Part shown: positions 11,582-22,618 of the stretch, in pieces
Numbering within the stretch: position 1 is the stretch's first letter
How the letters are laid out: every line of letters starts with the position of its first letter
From: Paraglomus brasilianum
Taxonomy: Eukaryota
Length of the DNA stretch: 37,812 nucleotides
Reading direction: 5' to 3'
NCBI GenBank assembly: GCA_910592345.1
Contig: CAJVPI010000267.1
Location: forward strand, 1-37,812
Notes under the pieces: generated by a model
Database searches by the model: none
Seen by the model: only the letters and a program-made list of their open reading frames with translations
Told to the model about the DNA's origin: nothing
Made by a program: the position numbers and the translations under genes

Positions 11582-14313
11582 ACAATTAGGGATATTCGGG
11601 GTCAAACGTGTGCAATTTGGAGACATTGCTAGCAAGAACAAATTCACGTAAACTGGTAAACCACCAACTAAGAAAGATAAATTACCAGTGGGAAAAAAGG
11701 TTCGAATAAGTGTTTACTCACAAGTGTCGTGTAACGTTGCTCTCCCAGACATACTAGAGCTAATAACTTTCTTGAGCCAGTTGTCTTATCCAAAACCCGT
11801 TTTTGACTATAATGAATATTAAGATACAATTGCTTGCTTTTACAGTTAATGAGAATTTAACATCCAGAGAAACAATTTTCTCACAGAAACATTTAGATTT
11901 AAAAATTAAATTTTAAACAGTTTTCTTACTAGTCTTGATAATAACAACGTAGGCACAAAAGGTAACGTTGACAAAAGGAGATTGAGTAGAGTTATCCAAA
12001 GTTGTATAATCTTTGTTTAAGCTATTATTTTAAATTAAAATTGTTGCTATTAATGATGCAGAAGTTAATTCCTATATTTAAACAATGAGTATTGTCTATT
12101 TAAAAAAAATTCTTTCTTTACTTTTATTAATGAAAAAATATTTTTAAAATAGGAGAACCTAGAAGACTCAATTTTTTCTGCTTTACAAATTTTAGTAGCG
12201 CCCAAAAACTCTATTCCTATGCCACTTTTATATAAAAAACCAAACAGTTAAAATAATATTGTTTTGAAAAACTGTCCTAAATTATGAGTTGCTTCCGTGT
12301 CAGCAACAATAATTAAAATATATATATAGTATGAATTAATGTAAGGTAATTCTCAAACTTGAGTAAGAAGAAGGTACTTAAACAAAGTCTAATACTAATA
12401 GCAACTGTGCAAAAAGCAAAAGGACCAAGGCGCTCAAGTATACCTCTGTAGAAAGCTCGATGCAATTATAAACACAGTCAAGTTTTTGTTTAATTTTTTT
12501 TAGTAAACGTGGTTTAAAATTAATTATTTTATTAATCAGAATTTGAACAAAACGAACAAAGATCCGAAAATGAATCTCACTATAATTATACATAGTGGAA
12601 TATAAAACACACAAGCAAGCCAAGAACAGCATAACAGATAATGATACCCGACACTCTCGGCTATCTCTAAACTCAATGTCCAGGTTTCATTATTATAAAA
12701 AGATACACGGGAATGATATTTAAATTTTCCAGGCGTGGTCGCCTTCATAAGTAATAGCGCGTATATTTATTTTATCTAGTTATATTATAAATGCGCAGAT
12801 TAGAAATACACGTAGCATACCAAATTGCAAAGTATTTTAGGACTAAACCTACATATATTAGTATTACTAACAACAAACAACCTATGCTCAAATTTAACAA
12901 AAATTATTTTGTTATCTTAATTAATAAGTTGAGCCAGCTCTATTATTATACGTTAATTTGTATTCGCCCAAGTATAAACTTGCAAAATAAGGTTACAAAA
13001 CAAGTTGTTATACATATTAATAAATAGCTATTTGAGAATTATTAATTAATATAACATATTGCAAAATTTTTTTAAAAAAAAAGGTTGCAAAACAAGTGAC
13101 ATACTTTTTTAAAAGTAATCAATTATTACTAAAGCTATTAAGACATTTCGTATGCTATTAATTAATTGGCAAATGAGTAGAATGCAAATTCAAATTTTGA
13201 CAAAGTTTGATTAACTTCTTTATAAGTCACGCGGTTCAATTATATTTACTTTATTTATTTATCATTAATTAAATAAAATTTTTTATAGGGTCTTCTTTTT
13301 TAAGATAGAGATACAATCTGCATAGATTGTTGGCGTATTTATATACAATTCTGCACCATTAACAGCCAACGTAAACCCAACTAGACTTGGGGGTGCATAT
13401 ACGATATTAAAGTCTCGTCCACGAAAAGATTGCTATTCTTTTTGTGGTTCACAAGCTTGATTAAAACCGGTATATTATACGCATGACCAATTCATTGCAC
13501 GAGTCGTTCAGATACGAAAGAAATACCCCTTAAAAATTACATTCAAACAAATTTCATGCATTATCTGCATTAAACACCTGACATAACATTGGGAATTAAT
13601 GTCAGATGATAAAATACCATGTTCCATATAAGTATATGGTCCATTAATTGACAACTATATGCAGCTATTATTAATTGGTCACCTAATTTGATACTGCTGG
13701 TATATGGTTTTATTATTTGAGTCAAATCATAAAAAATACGGATACATTTGTAGAGAAGATTATTTAATTTTGATAGAAAATAAATTTATTCTGTAACTAA
13801 TAATTGGGTTCCGTCGTCTTCGAAGCAACCATGAAAGTAATGTTTGTATTTGTTATTGCCTGTGCATGATGCAACATAATGCAAATATTCCGATTATATA
13901 CTATGTGATTATTTCACGCGTGTCTGTTTTATGAACGTGCTATCGTGTGATTCGCTTGCCCCATAACATGAACAGGTTAGAAAGATGAATTGTTGTTACT
14001 TATTTAGGCAATTTGTTGGAAACATTATATGGGTGCCAAACATACATGCAAAAACATTGTTATTTACGGATTCTACAGAAATCGAGCCAATTAAAAGTAT
14101 GGTATTAATTATATAATAAAGGAAATTTTTGAAAGGTCGCTTCATGATGACCAATATTTATTATTATTATTTATTAGATGCAATACATACCGCAATAAAA
14201 GGCCGGAACCTAGTAAAATATAAATAAATGGATCGTCCCGTATTAGTTGCTAACTTTATTGAAAAGCATCCTTATCCTACTTGTTGTAAAGCTAGCCTCA
14301 TTTCACATCCACA

Positions 14314-15145
14314 ATGCCGCCAACACGAACACAGAGCAAAAATAAATCATTTTCTCCGAACAAATCCACAGTAGTAGACTTTGTTACAGGGTTTATTCTA
14401 ATCAACCATTTAGGTAAACTATTAAAAAAGTGTGCCATACCTTCAATAGAGGAATTACGTCAAAGGTGCAAGAAAAAAACTAGACAATATTCAGCTTTTA
14501 TGGTCTTCCGATGTATTCTGTCACCTAATTTTAAGCTCAAATATGGAGAAGCTAGCATATTTTATGGAAAGCTATGGTCCAAAGTAACACCAACTTTGAA
14601 GGCGGAAATGACTTGTTTGAGCGAAACAGTAAAGTCGAAATTGAAAGAAAACATTGTGTTTAAACATTATAATCAGGATGGTAAAAGCAGCACGGATGAT
14701 AGTATGGCGGATAGCACTACTGATGCAAACAGCATAACTACGGATGAGGCTTCTAGTATCGAGAGAGAATTTTCTAATGATTCCAATACTTTCGCCGGTG
14801 ACGCCAGCAATGAGTACGTTGATACGCACTTCATTGATCATACAAACCCCCCCCCTTTACCCCTTTGATTATTATCCGATTCCTGATTGTGAAAACGAGC
14901 ACACGTACATAAACCCAAACGCTGTAGTCGCTGACACACATAACTTTCACGAGTTTACTCCTAATTATAACGATGATACTATTGTCGGAAACGGTCCTGC
15001 TATTTATATTGATTTTTGTAATAATGGTTATGGTGTTAATGGAAGTGTTGCCTACAATAATAATTTCACCCAATATAGTAGCAGTGGTTGTAGTAGTATT
15101 TGCAGTTTTGAGACTAATTACTCACAGCCGAATGTGAATCATTGA
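14314..15145 (+). CDS. Divergent MATA-type HMG-box transcription factor (HMG-2), split by a 1-base frameshift in a C9 run
   Basis: RQYSAFMVFRCILSPN...FYGKLWSKVTPTLKAEM...VFKHYNQ in ORF 14314-14868. Removing one C from 14847-14855 joins it to ORF 14744-15145 (Y/N/D-rich tail; GSVAYNNNF resembles GNIAYNENNNF of HMG-1), giving ~276 aa. Confidence 0.8.
14847..14855 (+). repeat. C9 homopolymer at the HMG-2 frameshift
   Basis: TACAAA-CCCCCCCCC-TTTACCCCTTTGA; C8 restores the long frame. Confidence 0.9.
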
Positions 15146-16973
15146 CTTGCTGGGCTAGTATATCTCAGTCATTCGAAAATAACACAATCCAGATACGTTC
15201 AATGTTATAGTGGTCAATATATTGATCCTCGTCTCTTGTATGCCATGAACAAACATTTAACGTGTACTCCGCAAAGTAGTTTGTTTTTTGTAAGATTTAA
15301 AATTTACTTCTAATATGCTAAGGTATTAGGTATATGATATAGAGTATTATATGATATAGAGATTATAATGTAATACTAAGAATATGTAGTAATAAATAAT
15401 ACTTATCACAAATATCATCCCCCTTATCCTTTGCCGTATTCAACGGCGTTTGAAAGGACTTATGCACGCAATCGACGGATGGCATTACTCGCATGCCATT
15501 CAAAAACTTCCCAAAATATTATGTCTGTGACACTCTTAAAGGCAATAAAACAATGATGTTGTTGTACGATAACAAATTGATCCAATATTACCCGGCCCGC
15601 ATCATCAATAGTCTTATTATTACATAAAGGCTGCGTTTGTTAGACATTGTATCAAAAACGCGATGCAAATATATAATACTTTCTGAAGCCTTTTTGAATA
15701 CACATACCCGACCATTACAATTACTTAGCAATTTCTGTTCAGAGCATCAATTCAAGACAAAATATTGCGTTTGGCGGACATTTTAGAAACAATGTTCAGC
15801 TGTTGTTTGTTTGATGTAGTCTCCGGTTTCAAATTGGCTAATTATATATTTTAATTGAAAGGAAACAAAAGTTATACACAGATACTGTGGAGAACTGGTG
15901 AAACATGACGCTCGGACACAACTTACGTATTGGTCACTCAATGTCGCATATTATTAATTGGCTATAGGAAGATTGTTTATGAAAATTCGATTATTTGCTA
16001 TAATTTAAATATTGTCTAGTCCTTTAGATAGTGTATTATATCTCCCTTGGAATAACATTTAATAATCTCGCCGACTACAAACTATCTAATAAATTGGTCT
16101 CACCTAAAATTGATTTAATGGATACTAATTTAACAAAAGGCGAACATAAGCGAGAGAAACCTTTTATTTGATCTTAGTAGATGTTGTAATGATGCCGGAA
16201 CGAAAATGACTGTATTTGGGTCATATGTTCTATAAAACTTGCTTATCACCATGGTGGTGCGTAAATGACTTTCCTTTGTTGCGGAGTTTTTTCCTATACT
16301 TCCGCAGCTACACGAACTTTATTCACTCCGGATTATTGTTACAATCCATCCGAATGCATTATTCTTGATTGAATCCTGTTAAAATGTAGTCATGCGGATA
16401 CTAAAACACTAGCAAAAATGATCATCTGACAATCGTGGCTCTGGTACCATGTCACATGGCTCAACCAACTTGTTATCACTGTCTTACAATAATGAACCTT
16501 CGGAGTTGCAGCGAAAGCTTTCTTTATTTGTAATATGAATTCTAGGGGAAAAAATTACATGCGACTAAAATAAAGGGGGAGATGAAAAAAAAATATATCG
16601 AAATAAAGCAAGAGATACCAATAATTACATAAAAGAAAACAGAAATAAACAAGTAAACAAAAAAAAAAACAAAATAGAAAGAAGAAGTAAGAATTAATGT
16701 TCTATTTACAAGGTGCAGATGTTCTATTTCTACAAAAAAAATACTTCTCAGAGAGCAGAAGTAACTCTAATAAGCGTGTTGTATATTGAAGTACCAATTA
16801 CCGAATAAAATTAATATTACAATATTTTACATTAATTACATTGGAAGTCGGGTACCAAAATTATAATAATAAGTAAATATATATCTAATTTATATGCCCA
16901 GACACCATCCCTCAAACACCCATATCAAATTACACCTATGTATATTATAACCTGCTCATCAATCCTGCGATGA

Positions 16974-18023
16974 CTAAAGCGCATACTCTCTCCACTCGAC
17001 GCCTTGGTCGGAGTCAACTACTATATCATATTCCGTAGTCGCAGAAAGCGGTTCCATGGGCATAGGCCCGCTGTAATCCACAATGCCTTCATTTGATTGT
17101 GTATAATAAGGTATATTTGCATCAGGAGTATTCTGAACAATTGGCACAGCCAAATATTGTTCAGGATAAGGGTCCTGTTGTTGTTGTTGTAGTTGTTGTA
17201 GTTGTTGTAGTTGTTGCAATGTATGCACGTCAATGGTGAAACAGAAGTTTGGTATTTCTGCCTGAAGGAATTCGTATGTATCATACGAATATGAAACACT
17301 ATTATTGTTGGTTGGCTGGTTTTCAGAAAAAGTGAAAACAGAAACGGATCCAGTTGGAGTAATTTCAGTTGCAGCGGTTGTGGATGCGACAACGTCTCTA
17401 GCTTTAGTTTTGACTTCCGATCCAACATTAGCTTCGCTGTTGTTGCTGTTGCTTTCAACAGCGCAGGTTTCGCTTTTACCCTTGCTTTCGCCTACCCAGA
17501 TTAGAGGAACTTCTCTTTTGAATTTGTCGTGCGTTTCTTTCGCTAACTTGGAGAATCTGTCTTTTACTTCTTTTCCAGCATTGTCCCATATCTCCTTGCT
17601 AAGTTTAGAGATTACCCCACGTTGTCTCTTTATTGTAGGGTCTTCAGAAATACGCGCATTAAAAAAGGTGCGGAACAACAAATACGCTCCATGCACACAA
17701 GTCTGGCCATTTTTACGCGGATTATTGAGATGTTGGTGGATATCTGATATGGTAGGAACTTGAAAGGCAATGTCGATTTTTTCCCCTCCGACTGTGCCAC
17801 GTACGAGAACATGTTCGTACGAACAATCGTAGCGGCGAATAAGAATTGTTTCGAGCAAGCTGGGCTGCTGCTCGCAAGATGTCTTTCTTTTTTTGCTGGG
17901 CTGCTTTCTTTTTTTATTGGGCTGCTGCTCGTAAGGTGTCTTTGTTATTTTGCTAGGCTGCTGCTCCTCAGGTGTCTTTGTTTTTTTGCTACGCTTTTTT
18001 CTTGGTTGCGTGCTCGAGGTCAT
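16974..18023 (-). CDS. MATA-type HMG-box transcription factor (HMG-3), 349 aa
   Basis: HGAYLLFRTFF...VISKLSKEIWDNAGKEVKDRFSKLAKETHDKFKREVP is a recognisable HMG box (ISK...W....EVK..F..LA). Basic repetitive N-terminus; polyQ and acidic/aromatic C-terminal tail. Uninterrupted ATG-to-stop ORF. Confidence 0.88.
   Translation of the reverse strand: MTSSTQPRKKRSKKTKTPEEQQPSKITKTPYEQQPNKKRKQPSKKRKTSCEQQPSLLETILIRRYDCSYEHVLVRGTVGGEKIDIAFQVPTISDIHQHLNNPRKNGQTCVHGAYLLFRTFFNARISEDPTIKRQRGVISKLSKEIWDNAGKEVKDRFSKLAKETHDKFKREVPLIWVGESKGKSETCAVESNSNNSEANVGSEVKTKARDVVASTTAATEITPTGSVSVFTFSENQPTNNNSVSYSYDTYEFLQAEIPNFCFTIDVHTLQQLQQLQQLQQQQQDPYPEQYLAVPIVQNTPDANIPYYTQSNEGIVDYSGPMPMEPLSATTEYDIVVDSDQGVEWREYAL
17175..17219 (-). 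repeat. Coding microsatellite encoding LQQLQQLQQLQQQQQ
   Basis: Plus strand has (TTG)n and repeated GTTGTTGTA units. Confidence 0.9.
17859..17990 (-). repeat. Imperfect ~36-bp coding repeats (K-x-x-K-T-x-x-EQQPS) in the HMG-3 N-terminus
   Basis: GGCTGCTGCTC at 17863, 17920 and 17956; peptide KKTKTPEEQQPS KITKTPYEQQPN KKRKQPS KKRKTSCEQQPS. Confidence 0.85.
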
Positions 18024-20104
18024 TTAATCGGAGGGGAGGGAGTATGACGAGAAAGAATATGAAGACGAACGAGAACGATCAAGGAATATGTATAATCTGA
18101 ATGGTAAGGAGTAATCGGGATATGATGAGAAGAAATTCTAAAGGTGATTGGAACCGAGAAAAATAGTTTGAATGATTGAGCGGATGGTGGAGCAAAACTT
18201 TATATAATACAGGTATTGGTGCTTCTTTAAAGCGTGATTATATTACAATTGATCAAGAAATGTTGATGATGCGTTGATGATAGGTATTAATGAAGTTTAA
18301 GAGTATGTGGAATGAACAGTACGATTGAAATTATTAAGGGTAATATTATGATGTGTTAAAGGAAATTATAGGTTAATAGATGATGATAAATCTGGGGTTG
18401 ATAATAAAGAATGATTTGATAGACTATGCTTATAATATGTTTGAATAGATGAAAATCTTGTCAAGTTCGTGGTTAGGGCATATTTTGACGAATTGATGCA
18501 GGATAACTTCTTTTATGTAATGTATAGAAATCTCAAAACCTGTTACAGATCCTGTTTGGTGTGACAAACGAGGGGGTGAATGATAGATAATGATATGTTT
18601 ATCGGATAATTGTTATAAGTGTTATTAATTTAATAAACTTAAAATTTTGTTTTATATAGTTTATTAAATACCAGAATTTATTAAAGTAATGTCATGTGGA
18701 CATCTATTTTGGGCTGCCGCAGTATTAGAATTTCCTCAACTACCAAATATAGAAATATGTAGTTTACAGCTCATGGAAAAATTCGGGATTGATAACAGTC
18801 TTCTATTGGGTGAAATCCAAGGGATGCCGAACAATAAACACCTATCAACAATAACATTGGCCAAGGTTGTTTTTATTTGTTTTTTTTTTTCCCTCAAAAT
18901 TTGATCATTCATTTACATGTAACCAAATATAAAGTCTCTTTCTTATCATGCTAACGTTCAAGCGAGAGAGAAGAATTCGCTTGCGGTTTGTTTTGTTTGT
19001 AAGATACATGTGCACCGCCATTCGAGCCACTCATAATCGTTATCTCATAAGATAATCTTATCACACGTTGCACCACATGCCAATGGGCTTTTTTAGTAAA
19101 TGCCCCGGAAAAACGTCCTGGTATCCAGGCGACCACTCTCGCTTGGGTCTTCTCAGAACACCACTCAGGTGATCTTGGCCCCCTTTTCTCATGTTGCAAA
19201 CTTCTCGCACGAATAGGATATGTCCGTACAGCTTATCAGTCCTCAATAGGAAGAGAAAGGGCCAGAGAGACGAGTTGGAAAAGAAACTTATGGATATGCA
19301 TATAGCATCAAAGAACTTGTTCGCTAGCCAATTCTTATAATATGATCGACCATTTAATGATTGCGTTTGTTTTGTATTAAAAAATCTCACGTCAAAAATC
19401 ACGTATTACTTTTTTTTACCATTTTCATGGTCATCACCTCAACCGCACACGGAAAACTAAGTCCCAATCCCCGGTGCATCACTGCCTTTTATCCTTTCCT
19501 CTTTTTTCTTCATCTACCCGTTGTGACCCATTTCAATACAGTGAATTCCCTCATTTTCCCATATTTTCAAACATTCTTCTCGCACATACTATTGGATATA
19601 TTTGGTAATATTTCCTGAATATCACACCCAATTATACGCCATCAGATGCTGGCGCATAAGTCGTATGAGGCAGTATGTTAATCAATCACAAGGGAGCCTC
19701 ATATAACTGCACGAGTTGCAGCCACGAAATAACAAAGCACTTTACAGTTATTTAGTTGAGATCTAAGACTTTTGTTGATTCTCATTGCATTATTTGATTA
19801 AACCCAGCTTAGACAAAATGATTGTATTAAAGACACACGTAAGACTTGCCCTGCATAGAAGGCATGGATTTGAAGAAAGACAAATGCTTGAAGGAGAGGT
19901 GAGCGAATGGAAAGGGAAAATTAAGAGAATCGAAAAGTGATAGTGGAGGTGGGATTCCCTTGGACAAGGGATTAGTCGGAAAGATTAGATTATTGAGAGT
20001 ACAGGCAACTAGACGCCTTTACCAATATATAGCATTGATAATCGTAATATAACCTAAGTGCAATTAGTTTATTGACTAACGTTTATTTCAATCTTCGTCA
20101 CCAG

Positions 20105-22618
20105 ATAGGCGAAGCATCAAAAGACACTGACTGCGATTCGGCCATTTCTCACTCTACCCCAATGTTTACAGAAGAAATAATCTCATCCTCAGATCAAGAT
20201 ACAAAAGAGTCTGCTGATGGCGAACACCCAGCCGATGAACAACGCGCAATACAGTTAATTTCTGGCCTAAAAGGAACACTTCCTAATCCGATCAGTTTAT
20301 TAAAGATAAAGGCAATCATTGAAGACCCTAAATCAAACTTATCAGAGGGTGTTTTAACTCAAGCATTGATCGTGCTGACGGACAATATTAGATATAAGAA
20401 ACTAACGACAAAATCAGCATTTATATGTGAGTTACACCTGAGGACGATAGTTTCGGTGCTCGAGACTATCCGCAAAATGCAAGAAACACTGGGCAATCTT
20501 TCACCTCTATGGTTCGATTTATTAAATAGACTATTTGTTTCACCTCAGCTTTCAATATTTAAACTGTTTCAAAGACGTCGCTTGGTATCTACACATTTCT
20601 CCAAGCATCACTTCTACAACATCCAATTACTAGTAGACTATGCGCATCAGATAATATATTGCTTGGCCAAACGCAAATGCCAAAATTCAGCGAGCGGGAG
20701 TTTGGCCAGAGGTATCGCCAATGTTCTGGATTATGGTAACTTCCCAGGGTTGTTTCCGAATGCTGGATATAATACGGAGATTAAGCATTTATGGGATGCT
20801 TTGAGCGTCAAGTATGCGAAGGAGAACAAAGTGACGAAATGGTATCTCACCGTGGGTAGATTAAGGGAGATGCATAGTTCACTAATGACATGGCAGATGG
20901 GAGATGGGATGAAACGTAATCCACCAACCTTGCAAAAGTATGCCGAGTTACAACTTATTGAAATACTATGGCTGTACTCTGATATCAATTCAATATGTTC
21001 TTCGTCCTCCTCGCCCTCTTATACTCCTGCAAAAGCTCAACCTCATAGACCAGGCAGACTTACCCGTAAACGCTCGCTGAAATCCCGAGATGTGATAACA
21101 GTGAATGTTTTGGACATTGCGTTGAGCCTCGTCCGCTCCAGTGATGAAATCGTATCCCTGGCATGTTGTTATCTAATTGCTATAGAGGTGTTGAAAAAGA
21201 GTGGTTGTGATTATGTCGTTTTTAAGGCACTGGAAGTGTTGTCGACACTTGAGAAAAGAGACGGCTTGACATTTGCAAGTATCGGAGAGGGTTTAGCTCA
21301 AATATCACCGGTTTTGGGAAGAATGTCGGATAGGAAAAGGCAATTGATTTCCAAATCTGTGCGGAAAAGACGAAAGATGCACTCGAAATTAATGCCTCTC
21401 ACGCCATTGACAGTACGGCCTGCCTCCTCATCTCAGATACCACCACCATCCCTTCCTCCGCGTCAACTCACTCGGACGCTGCTCGAGTTAATCTCGTCCG
21501 AACTCACTTGTCCGGTGAATCTCGAATTTACCGGTGATTGGTGTGTCTTGGCATGCGGACATGCTATTAGTTCTGCGGCATTAGAAAATTGGCGGGAATC
21601 GAAGCGTGCGAGTTTTGACCCTGTTACATGTCATTTATGTCGAAGAGAGGTCAAGGAAGATGATGTTTCGGATTTTAGGTTACATGCAGTGTACAAAGGG
21701 GTGTGTAGGATGTTGGGTGAGTGTGAGAACTTGGGTGATTCCAGCAATGTCGATAGCATAGAAAGTACCAATGGTACTTCCTACGATAATGAAAATGACA
21801 ATAGTGGCAAAGACAAGAGTAGTGGTCATGAAGCCATTAGCGACGCCAAGATTAATCCAGGAAATACACAAACTCGAATCAAGAAATCCAAACATCCGGC
21901 TCAAAGAAACGGCATTCGTTCATTCAAAAATCGATGTTATGCTGAAGCCGCGAAATGCTTTACACAAGTTCTTCAATATTATCCGACCAGCTATACCGCC
22001 TTATGCGACCGGGCTAACGCTTATAAATCTATACCTGAATACCAGAAAGCTATTTCCGATGCAACGACGGCTATCCGTTTGAATCCTCTAAAGCCTCGCG
22101 CATGGCGTCTTCGTGGATATATAGAGGGTCTTCGTGATCATTACACCACTGCTTTTATCGAACTCGGAATTGCACTTCAGCTCGATCCGAACAATGCAAT
22201 AGCTCTCATTGGTCGGGGTAATCTTTTCCGATGGTTAGATCAATATGAACAGGCTATGGTCGATCTGAATAAGGGACTCGAGTTTGAGCCGGATAATCCA
22301 TTTGGATTGGAATTTCGTGGAGATGTGTATAGATTGCTTGAGAGGTTTGAAGAAGCGTTGGAGGATTTGAATAGAGCGCTAGAGTTGAGAGAGCCACATG
22401 ACAGGACTTTTGCGTTGGCTAGCAGGGGAGCGGCATATTTTAGATTAGAGAGATTCGATGAGGCATTAAGTGATCTAAATAGCGCATTGAGTTTGGATCC
22501 CATGGACGATTTTGCTCGAGTAACTAGGGTGAAGGTGTATATGGCGATGAATAGACAGGACGAGGCGAGAAAGGAGCTAGAGAGATTATACGAGGATGGT
22601 TCTGCAAGCCGGCAGTGA
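20105..22618 (+). CDS. Degenerate RING/U-box-like + 7x TPR protein (putative E3 ligase/adaptor); 5' end uncertain
   Basis: Open frame 20072-22618. ELTCPVN...LACGHAISSAAL...TCHLCRRE (~21500-21650), then seven ~34-aa TPRs (~21893-22600, e.g. AIALIGRGNLFRWLDQYEQAMVDLNKGLEFEPDN). The TTG 'start' overlaps a branch point GACTAAC (20074) + pyrimidine tract + CAG (20102-20104), so the exon probably begins at 20105. Candidate upstream donor GTGAGC at 19899; first in-exon ATG at 20162. Confidence 0.9.
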   Translation: MGEASKDTDCDSAISHSTPMFTEEIISSSDQDTKESADGEHPADEQRAIQLISGLKGTLPNPISLLKIKAIIEDPKSNLSEGVLTQALIVLTDNIRYKKLTTKSAFICELHLRTIVSVLETIRKMQETLGNLSPLWFDLLNRLFVSPQLSIFKLFQRRRLVSTHFSKHHFYNIQLLVDYAHQIIYCLAKRKCQNSASGSLARGIANVLDYGNFPGLFPNAGYNTEIKHLWDALSVKYAKENKVTKWYLTVGRLREMHSSLMTWQMGDGMKRNPPTLQKYAELQLIEILWLYSDINSICSSSSSPSYTPAKAQPHRPGRLTRKRSLKSRDVITVNVLDIALSLVRSSDEIVSLACCYLIAIEVLKKSGCDYVVFKALEVLSTLEKRDGLTFASIGEGLAQISPVLGRMSDRKRQLISKSVRKRRKMHSKLMPLTPLTVRPASSSQIPPPSLPPRQLTRTLLELISSELTCPVNLEFTGDWCVLACGHAISSAALENWRESKRASFDPVTCHLCRREVKEDDVSDFRLHAVYKGVCRMLGECENLGDSSNVDSIESTNGTSYDNENDNSGKDKSSGHEAISDAKINPGNTQTRIKKSKHPAQRNGIRSFKNRCYAEAAKCFTQVLQYYPTSYTALCDRANAYKSIPEYQKAISDATTAIRLNPLKPRAWRLRGYIEGLRDHYTTAFIELGIALQLDPNNAIALIGRGNLFRWLDQYEQAMVDLNKGLEFEPDNPFGLEFRGDVYRLLERFEEALEDLNRALELREPHDRTFALASRGAAYFRLERFDEALSDLNSALSLDPMDDFARVTRVKVYMAMNRQDEARKELERLYEDGSASRQ

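Noticed and set aside
18950..19402. Short ORFs between HMG-3 and the RING-TPR gene
   Set aside because: Several competing short frames on both strands with no recognisable domain.
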